A DNA stretch of 64,000 nt, taken from assembly GCA_029553545.1 (NCBI GenBank), contig JAKPKU010000001.1, positions 5,639-69,638 on the forward strand. Reading direction: 5' to 3'. This DNA comes from Candidatus Cloacimonadota bacterium. Lineage in GTDB: Bacteria; Cloacimonadota; Cloacimonadia; Cloacimonadales; WRIO01. Made by a program: the position numbers and the translations under genes. A model generated the notes under the pieces. It made no database searches, was not told where the DNA came from, and saw only the letters and a list, made by a program, of their open reading frames with translations. Below are positions 46,783 to 53,542 of this stretch, piece by piece (position 1 is the stretch's first letter; each line of letters starts with the position of its first letter).

Positions 46783-47145
46783 GTGATATTTTACGATCAA
46801 TGAATGGAAAATTGAACCGTACACAAAACAATTTATAAAAAAGAGAGCTTGAAAATTACTTTTTTTCTACTTTTATATCATCTCAAAAACTTACAAAATT
46901 CCCTTTAATTAACCCAGATTTTCTCTCATTTCACTAATTTTCTATTAATAAGTGTATATGTCTATTTTTCAAATATATGTCTATATGAATCCCCTTACAT
47001 TCCCCTTGCTATCTTGGAGAATGAAAGGTAATTTAAAAGGAATCTAAAGGGAATGCAAAGGAGGTTTATTATGAATTTTATGAGAGAGAAAAACAATGTG
47101 TCTTATTATTGTTTTTTTAAGTCATAAAGATAAGTCGCAGGTGAG
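46783..47145 (+). repeat. conserved intergenic element, copy 4 (upstream of the isoprenoid ether-lipid operon)
   Basis: Core at 46998-47027. Perfect 11-bp direct repeat TATATGTCTAT at 46955-46965 and 46974-46984. GGGAATG (47049-47055) is perfectly complementary to CATTCCC. AAAGGAGG (47057-47064) is followed by an ATG at 47071 that only this copy has. Confidence 0.8.
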
Positions 47146-47342
47146 GTATTTGAAGTTTTTTGAACAAAGATAGACTGCCATCATTATTAATAGATATATT
47201 CGATTTGTTACTAATTATTAGTCTTTTATTTTTGATTTATCAAACTATTTTTGATAAGATACAGTTTTTTATTGACAATATAATCATATTTATTATTCTT
47301 AGATTTATAAAAGAATATTTAAACTATAGAATAGGAGTCAAC

Positions 47343-48233
47343 ATGATACTACCAAAATACTTTGATGATCGAGCTAAGATGCTGGATAGAGTGCTTGATC
47401 AGTATTTAACCCCAGAAACAGAAGAGCCCAAGGATTTGTATGCAGCCATGAGATACTCTGTATTTAGTGGAGGCAAGAGATTAAGACCTATTCTATTTTA
47501 TGCAACTTATGAGATGCTGGTAAAAAAAGCAACTGAACATCAAATGGAACAAGCATCATTAATCGCAGCAGCTCTTGAAATGGTGCATACAGCGTCTTTG
47601 ATTCATGATGATTTGCCTTCAGTTGATAATTCTGATGAGCGAAGAGGTAAGGAGTCATGTCATGTCAAGTTTGGTTCTGCGACTGCTATCTTGGCTGGTG
47701 ATGCTCTATTGACAAAAGCTTTTGAAATGATTACCAAACTGGAAGATCCACGAAAAGCTGTACACTGTATTAGAGTCTTGTGCAATTTAGTGTCTACTCA
47801 AGGGATGATAGGCGGGCAAACAGTAGATATTATCTCATCATCCAAACAAAATATCCCTATTACTGTTATCAAATATGTACACTTAAAAAAGACAGGAGCA
47901 TTACTTGAAGCGGCTTCTCATCTTGCTTGCGTTATGGCAGATGCAGATGAGAATACCACAAATAATATGGTGAATTATGCACAGAATTTAGGTCTTGCAT
48001 ATCAGATAATTGACGACATTTTGGATGATATTGGTGACTTTGAAATGCTTGGTAAAGAGCCTTATGAAGATGCTCGTAATTTCAAATCTACATACCCTTC
48101 TATATTAGGGCTTGATAAAGCAAGACAAACCGCTGAGAAACTCATAAGTGATTCAAGCAAATTGATTAAAAACTTGCCTAATAATCATATATTAATAGAA
48201 TTCGTAAAAATGATAAAGGATAGACTGCCATAA
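47343..48233 (+). CDS. trans-polyprenyl diphosphate synthase, predicted geranylgeranyl diphosphate synthase
   Basis: FARM DDLPSVDNSDERRG and SARM DDILDD. A small residue (Ala) sits 5 positions before the FARM (HTASLIHDD). The ATG at 47343 is preceded by AGGAG. The track extension back to 47160 translates AT-rich intergenic sequence. Confidence 0.8.
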   Translation: MILPKYFDDRAKMLDRVLDQYLTPETEEPKDLYAAMRYSVFSGGKRLRPILFYATYEMLVKKATEHQMEQASLIAAALEMVHTASLIHDDLPSVDNSDERRGKESCHVKFGSATAILAGDALLTKAFEMITKLEDPRKAVHCIRVLCNLVSTQGMIGGQTVDIISSSKQNIPITVIKYVHLKKTGALLEAASHLACVMADADENTTNNMVNYAQNLGLAYQIIDDILDDIGDFEMLGKEPYEDARNFKSTYPSILGLDKARQTAEKLISDSSKLIKNLPNNHILIEFVKMIKDRLP

Positions 48234-48237
48234 GATA

Positions 48238-49107
48238 ATGACCTCGATTGAAAGATATAAAATATTAAATGCTGTAAAATCTACACGTATTATTAGACCA
48301 CTAAACTGCATCTTTAGTTTCATTTGTGTGCTATTTGGAACCTATTACTCAGGTGGACTAAACATTAGAATAGAGACCTTCTTAATAGCTTTGTCTGCTA
48401 CATTAATAGCTGGAGCAGGGTATGTGGTTAATGATATTTTTGATTTGGAAATTGATAAAATAAATCAACCTCAAAGAGTTTTACCGCAAGGACTGCTTAA
48501 TATTAAACAAGCAAGCATAATTACCTTTATTTTATTGACTATAGGGCTACTTTTAAGCCTGAGTAGTGATAGTGTATGGCATTTGCTTATCGCTACTATA
48601 AATGCACTACTATTACTGTTTTATGCTATATATTTTAAAAAGATAGGTTTGATAGGTAATTTGGTCGTAGCATGGACAGCTGCTTCAACTTTTCTCTATG
48701 GGGCATTATTAACAAATAGTATTAAAAAAGTATTGCCTATTATGATATTAGCTTTTTTATACACGCTCATTAGAGAATGGACAAAGACCATTGAAGACTA
48801 TGAAGGCGATAAAAGCCAGAATGCTAAAACTGTCGCTATTATGCTTGGTAAAGCGAAAACAGTGTGGTTACTTTTTGTTCCTGCTATTTTGTTATTAGTC
48901 TTTATCTTTGTGTTTTACAGAATGAATATCACCAATCCCTTTGAGTTTTTATGGCTAAATATACTTGTGGTAGTGCCATTAGCTCTATTTTTAATAATAT
49001 TACTTCGTTCGCAGAATAAGATTATCGTAAAGACTGTTCACAAATGGATGAAGATAGATATGTTAATTCTATTGTTAATTTATGTTGTATCTTATTTATT
49101 AGACTGA
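48238..49107 (+). CDS. UbiA-superfamily prenyltransferase, digeranylgeranylglyceryl phosphate synthase-like
   Basis: About 8-9 TM helices, with the Asp-rich motifs NDIFDLEIDKINQPQR and EDYEGD. It lies between the polyprenyl synthase and the GGGPS-family gene. Confidence 0.7.
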   Translation: MTSIERYKILNAVKSTRIIRPLNCIFSFICVLFGTYYSGGLNIRIETFLIALSATLIAGAGYVVNDIFDLEIDKINQPQRVLPQGLLNIKQASIITFILLTIGLLLSLSSDSVWHLLIATINALLLLFYAIYFKKIGLIGNLVVAWTAASTFLYGALLTNSIKKVLPIMILAFLYTLIREWTKTIEDYEGDKSQNAKTVAIMLGKAKTVWLLFVPAILLLVFIFVFYRMNITNPFEFLWLNILVVVPLALFLIILLRSQNKIIVKTVHKWMKIDMLILLLIYVVSYLLD

Positions 49108-49122
49108 ATTTAGGTGGATAAT

Positions 49123-49875
49123 ATGAAAACAGAAATATATTTAAAGCTATTAGAAATGAGAAAAAAGCATCCTTGTTTGTTTTGTCTTATTGATCCAGAT
49201 AAAAATGATATTTTGACCAATGTTCGCCTTGCTGAGATATACGAAAAATGCAATGCTGATGCAATTCTAATTGGTGGTAGTATCATGATTGAAGATAATT
49301 ATGAAGAGACTATTTTGCAGATCAAGAAATCTGTAAAGATACCTGTGATTATCTTTCCTGGACTGTTTAACTTTGTAAGCGGTTATGCTGATGCTATTTT
49401 ATTATTGAATATGCTAAGTAGTCGAAATCCTCAAGTGTTGATTGAAGAACAAGTGAGATGTGCTCCTCAGCTTTACCATACAGGGTTGGAGAGCATTCCA
49501 ACAGGTTATATTTTGATTGAGTCGGGCAATCTCTCTTCTGTTCAGTATATGAGCCACAGTTTACCTATACCACGAAAGAAAAATGATATTGCTCTCATTC
49601 ATGCTCTGGCAGGTCAATATATGGGTATGAAGATGATTTATTTGGAAGCGGGAAGTGGTGCTAAAGAAGCAATTCCCAATGAGATGATAAAATATGTTGC
49701 AAATAAGCTGGATATCCCATTAATAGTGGGTGGAGGGATAAGAACCGCTGAGTCTGCAAAAGAAAAAGCTGATGCAGGAGCTGATTTTATAGTAATTGGA
49801 ACAGTACTTGAAGAATTAGATAACTATACTCTTGTTAAAGATATTGCTGATGCTATACATAGTGTTCAAAAATAG
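49123..49875 (+). CDS. geranylgeranylglyceryl phosphate synthase family protein (PcrB/GGGPS TIM barrel)
   Basis: DAILIGGS, IIFPG, YLEAGSGA and PLIVGGGIRT...GADFIVIGT are characteristic of the PcrB/GGGPS family. The ATG at 49123 lies 5 nt after GGTGG. Confidence 0.8.
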   Translation: MKTEIYLKLLEMRKKHPCLFCLIDPDKNDILTNVRLAEIYEKCNADAILIGGSIMIEDNYEETILQIKKSVKIPVIIFPGLFNFVSGYADAILLLNMLSSRNPQVLIEEQVRCAPQLYHTGLESIPTGYILIESGNLSSVQYMSHSLPIPRKKNDIALIHALAGQYMGMKMIYLEAGSGAKEAIPNEMIKYVANKLDIPLIVGGGIRTAESAKEKADAGADFIVIGTVLEELDNYTLVKDIADAIHSVQK

Positions 49876-50682
49876 ATGGATGGAGAAACTATGATTGATA
49901 TTCACAACCATATTTTACCCGGTCTTGATGATGGATCAAAAGATATTAATACTACAATCAATTATTTACAATTAGTTCAGGCTTCAGGGGTTAAAAAGCT
50001 TGTCTTTACACCTCACTATATGCCTGGTTTTTATGATAGTACGAGAGAAAAGGTCTCTGCTATCTTTAAACAAATAATAGACTTAAAGACTGTGCATGCC
50101 CCTGATGTAGAATTTTATCATTCTGCTGAAGTATATTTAAATGGAGAAAACATAGTCAATGATATTATTAAAGAAAATTTCTTTATAAATAACTCACAGT
50201 ATGTCTTAGTTGAAAATAACTTAAATGGCTTTACAGAAGATTTGTATCAATTGCTTTACCAAATGAACCGAAAGGGCATGAGACCTATCTTGGCACATCC
50301 AGAGCGCTATATGGAGATTAAGAATGATCCCAGTAGGGCTGATGACTTTTTGCAAAGAGATGTGTATTTACAAATCAATACGGGTAGTATTTTAGGAGGG
50401 TATGGACAACAAGTACAAAATGCTGCCTTTGAGCTGATAGATAGAGGATGGGCTCACTTTTTGGGTTCAGATTGTCACTGTCGCTCAGGCGTTTATGATT
50501 ATCCTCAAGCAGTTGAAGTAATACGCAATGAATTTGATGACAAAATCGCTACACTTTTGTCATCTACGTTCCCCGAGAGAATGCTTAAAAATGAGATAAT
50601 CCCGCACTTTTACATGGTGAAAAAAACAATACCCAAGAAGAAAAGCTTTTTGGAAAAAGTGCTTGATTTCTTTGGAGAGTAA
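49876..50682 (+). CDS. PHP-family metal-dependent phosphatase (CpsB/YwqE-like)
   Basis: MIDIHNHILPGLDDGS, FTPHY, LAHPERY and GSDCH motifs. It starts immediately after the stop of the GGGPS gene. Confidence 0.75.
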   Translation: MDGETMIDIHNHILPGLDDGSKDINTTINYLQLVQASGVKKLVFTPHYMPGFYDSTREKVSAIFKQIIDLKTVHAPDVEFYHSAEVYLNGENIVNDIIKENFFINNSQYVLVENNLNGFTEDLYQLLYQMNRKGMRPILAHPERYMEIKNDPSRADDFLQRDVYLQINTGSILGGYGQQVQNAAFELIDRGWAHFLGSDCHCRSGVYDYPQAVEVIRNEFDDKIATLLSSTFPERMLKNEIIPHFYMVKKTIPKKKSFLEKVLDFFGE

Positions 50683-51660
50683 TTGGAAACACTATTAATC
50701 ACAGGTATTACGGGGTTTATCGGTAAAAGCGTTGCCAGATTATTGGTTGGAAATTATCAAATAACAGCTTTAATACGACCCAATACAGATAAAAAGAGAT
50801 ATCAAGAATTTGCTAATAAGATAGAGTTTGTTGAGCTTGATTTGACTGATACTCGAGGGCTTAGAGAATACTTATTCAAAAAGTCTTTTAAATATATCTT
50901 ACATATTGGAGCACTAAGGGGTGGTAGAAAGTTTACTAAAGAAGATTACTTGAAAGCAAATGTGTATGCTACAGAGCAGTTGGTATTACATGCTGTGAAA
51001 CATCAGTCAAAGATGATATTTTGCTCGTCTGTTGGCGTCTTTGGAGCAATTCCAATTGAGTTGCCTGCCAATAATTTGAGCCCCAAACAAGAAGATAATT
51101 ATTATCACTTCACCAAAATTAAAAGTGAGGCTATTATTCAAAAATATGTGCTTGAAAAAGGATTGAATGCATGTATACTCAGACCAGCAATTACATATGG
51201 GGGAGAGGATTATGGCTTTCCATTTACCTTGATGAAACTAATTAAAAAGAAGCTTTTGTTTTATCCAAAACGGACTATAAGAATACATATGACTCATATA
51301 GATTTGATTAGTGAAGCTTTTGTTAGAGTTCTAAAAAATGAGTTTAAACCAGGCAGTCAATGGAATGTGGCTGATGATAAACCCGTGATTTTCGATGAAT
51401 TAGTACAGTTTATCTCTATTAAGATTAATCAACGACTATATCCTGCAAATAGGAGAATCGATAAGGGTTGGTTTGAGCTTGGTGAGCGCATTAGCCGTTT
51501 TTTTAAAAGCGAATTATGGGTAAGTAGATTTGAGCTTATTTCCAAAAGCTGGTACTACGATGTAGAGGCTACTTATCGCGATTTAAACTTGAAGAAGGCT
51601 ACAACAGTGCCAGGATTTAAAAAGTCAATAGACTGGTATATGAAAAGAGAAAAAAGATAG
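50683..51660 (+). CDS. NAD-dependent epimerase/dehydratase (extended SDR)
   Basis: Rossmann motif LITGITGFIG and catalytic YxxxK (YHFTKIK). The start codon is TTG, directly abutting the upstream stop. Confidence 0.7.
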   Translation: METLLITGITGFIGKSVARLLVGNYQITALIRPNTDKKRYQEFANKIEFVELDLTDTRGLREYLFKKSFKYILHIGALRGGRKFTKEDYLKANVYATEQLVLHAVKHQSKMIFCSSVGVFGAIPIELPANNLSPKQEDNYYHFTKIKSEAIIQKYVLEKGLNACILRPAITYGGEDYGFPFTLMKLIKKKLLFYPKRTIRIHMTHIDLISEAFVRVLKNEFKPGSQWNVADDKPVIFDELVQFISIKINQRLYPANRRIDKGWFELGERISRFFKSELWVSRFELISKSWYYDVEATYRDLNLKKATTVPGFKKSIDWYMKREKR

Positions 51661-52503
51661 ATGGCAATACCAATTTTACACTTTTGGGATAAGTATTATA
51701 CTAATCCAGACGAAGGATTGGGGTCAACTTATGAACGCTTTATTATCAATAGGATACTCTATAAGGCTGTGAAGCACTTTCAAATAAAGACAGTTCTCGA
51801 AGCGCCCTCTTTTGGGTTTACAGGTATGAGTGGGATTAATAGTATGGGACTGGCTTTGAAGGGCTGTGAAGTGAGTCTATTAGATCATGATATGAATAGA
51901 CTTGATAATATCAAATCAACATGGAAGACGCTAAACTTGCCTCTCAGAGCTGAATATGTTGATGATTATAGTCGTTTGAATTTTGCAGATAAGAGCTTTG
52001 ATATGTCATGGAATTTCTCAGCATTATGGTTTGTAAAAGACTTGCAAATGTTCTTATCAGAACTAGATCGAGTGACAAAGAGAGTAATATTAATCATGGT
52101 TCCCAATCAAGCTGGATTGGGCTATGTTCAACAGCGCTACTTTGGCCAAGAAGACCTGAAAAAGTATTTGATTGAGTCGCATATCAGACCCAAAACAATA
52201 AAAGCTGAGATGGAAAAACTCAACTGGAAACTGCTTCATCACGAACTATTAGATTGCCCCTTGTGGCCCGATATAGGAATGTCGAAAGAAGACTTTTTAA
52301 AGAAGTTAGGGATTGGTGCCTTTTCTTTTAAAAAGGACGACAATAAAGTTGAGAAGAGACCAATAACTATACTGGATTATTACTCTGGTAGAAACTCGGA
52401 TATGCCTGGTCAATTTGAGAAGTATGAACTGTTTGAAAAGCATGCACCAGAATCATTTAAGAGATTTTGGGCTCATCATCAATACTTACTCTTTATTCGA
52501 TAA
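51661..52503 (+). CDS. methyltransferase-like protein with divergent motif I
   Basis: VLEAPSFGFTGMSG...VSLLDHD...FDMSWNFSALWFV resembles a class I methyltransferase fold, but motif I is atypical. It directly abuts the upstream gene. Confidence 0.35.
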   Translation: MAIPILHFWDKYYTNPDEGLGSTYERFIINRILYKAVKHFQIKTVLEAPSFGFTGMSGINSMGLALKGCEVSLLDHDMNRLDNIKSTWKTLNLPLRAEYVDDYSRLNFADKSFDMSWNFSALWFVKDLQMFLSELDRVTKRVILIMVPNQAGLGYVQQRYFGQEDLKKYLIESHIRPKTIKAEMEKLNWKLLHHELLDCPLWPDIGMSKEDFLKKLGIGAFSFKKDDNKVEKRPITILDYYSGRNSDMPGQFEKYELFEKHAPESFKRFWAHHQYLLFIR

Positions 52504-52513
52504 ATAAAAGGCT

Positions 52514-53542
52514 ATGAAAAAGAAGAATTATATAAAGCTGGCTGTAGGTGTGCTAACTGGCATTGCGCTTCTGTTATTTTGGTTTAAATGGGTCAATTTT
52601 GATGAGCTTGTAAGTTATCTAAAACAAGTGAATGTTTATTTAGCAAGCCTTGCCTTTGTGATATATGTATTATCCTATTTTATAAGAGCTTATCGTTGGA
52701 AGATACTACTCTCAACCAATGCAAAAATAAGCCAAAGAGATAGCTTTTTATACCTGATGGCAGGTAACTTTATTAATTACCTGATACCTATTAGAGCTGG
52801 AGAAGTAGCAAAGTGCCTCTTTTTGAAAGAAAATCATGAGATTGAGTTCTCTAAAGGCTTTTCTTCCGTTTTTTTAGATAAACTATTCGATACACTGGGC
52901 ATCTTTGTGGTATTAACTCTATTGTTCTTTTTGCCAATTCAATTAAACTCGTATTTATTAAGCTTGATAGGATTTTTACTGATTATATTTATGCTTGGAG
53001 CTCTGATCTTAGTATTTGCTGCGATTAGAAAAGACAACGTAGTGAAGAGTTTGCAAAAGATATTCTTCTTTTTACCACTGAGATTTCGTTTGAAGATAGA
53101 CGAGTTCATCTTGAACTTTATTGAAGGGATAGCTATATTTAGGAACCATTTAAGTTTACTATTTCCAGCAGTTGCCTTGACTCTTGGTGCAGTCTTTTGT
53201 GACAGTTTATTCTTTTGGTTACTGTTTAAATCGTTTGCACAAAGCATAAGTTTTACTTATGTTTTATTTGGTTATACACTAATCTATTTGAGTTATATTT
53301 TACCACACCCACCAGCTCAGATAGGCTCAAATGAGCTGATTATGGTGTTGATTTTTTCAATAGGCTTTGGACTCAATAAAGAAATGGTGAGCGCTGTAAT
53401 GGCTTTTTCGCACATAATAACAGGTATTATTGTTATCACTGTAGGGATAGTTGGATTGAACTATGCAGGGATGAAATTTTTTGATTTTATAAATAATGGA
53501 GATAAAGATGACACAACCACAAAACAATATGGAACTACTTGA
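52514..53542 (+). CDS. UPF0104/TIGR00374 flippase-like membrane protein (LPG-synthase TM-region family)
   Basis: About 8 TM helices, with the family-typical YFIRAYRWKILL motif after TM2. Confidence 0.65.
   Translation: MKKKNYIKLAVGVLTGIALLLFWFKWVNFDELVSYLKQVNVYLASLAFVIYVLSYFIRAYRWKILLSTNAKISQRDSFLYLMAGNFINYLIPIRAGEVAKCLFLKENHEIEFSKGFSSVFLDKLFDTLGIFVVLTLLFFLPIQLNSYLLSLIGFLLIIFMLGALILVFAAIRKDNVVKSLQKIFFFLPLRFRLKIDEFILNFIEGIAIFRNHLSLLFPAVALTLGAVFCDSLFFWLLFKSFAQSISFTYVLFGYTLIYLSYILPHPPAQIGSNELIMVLIFSIGFGLNKEMVSAVMAFSHIITGIIVITVGIVGLNYAGMKFFDFINNGDKDDTTTKQYGTT

Noticed and set aside
47071-47127. An 18-codon mini-ORF (MNFMREKNNVSYYCFFKS) with a perfect AAGGAGG RBS, inside element copy 4.
   Set aside because: The ATG exists only in copy 4. 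Copies 1 and 3 hit a stop after four codons in the aligned frame, and copy 2 has no ATG. I kept it only as a note on a possible AUU-initiated micro-frame, not as a gene.
46783-47145. Interpreting the four-copy element as a MITE, IS remnant or IS200/605-type PATE.
   Set aside because: I could find no terminal inverted repeats, target-site duplications or conserved subterminal hairpins at the approximate ends, and no transposase is in the window. Identity is concentrated in a central core with decayed flanks rather than being uniform. This explanation is not fully excluded without a genome-wide census.
47160-47342. The N-terminal 61-aa extension of the polyprenyl synthase ORF in the track (TTG start at 47160).
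   Set aside because: The extension translates AT-rich intergenic DNA into a low-complexity Ile/Phe/Leu string. It also contains a TTGACA box (47272) and an AGGAG RBS directly before the ATG at 47343, from which the homology to polyprenyl synthases begins.
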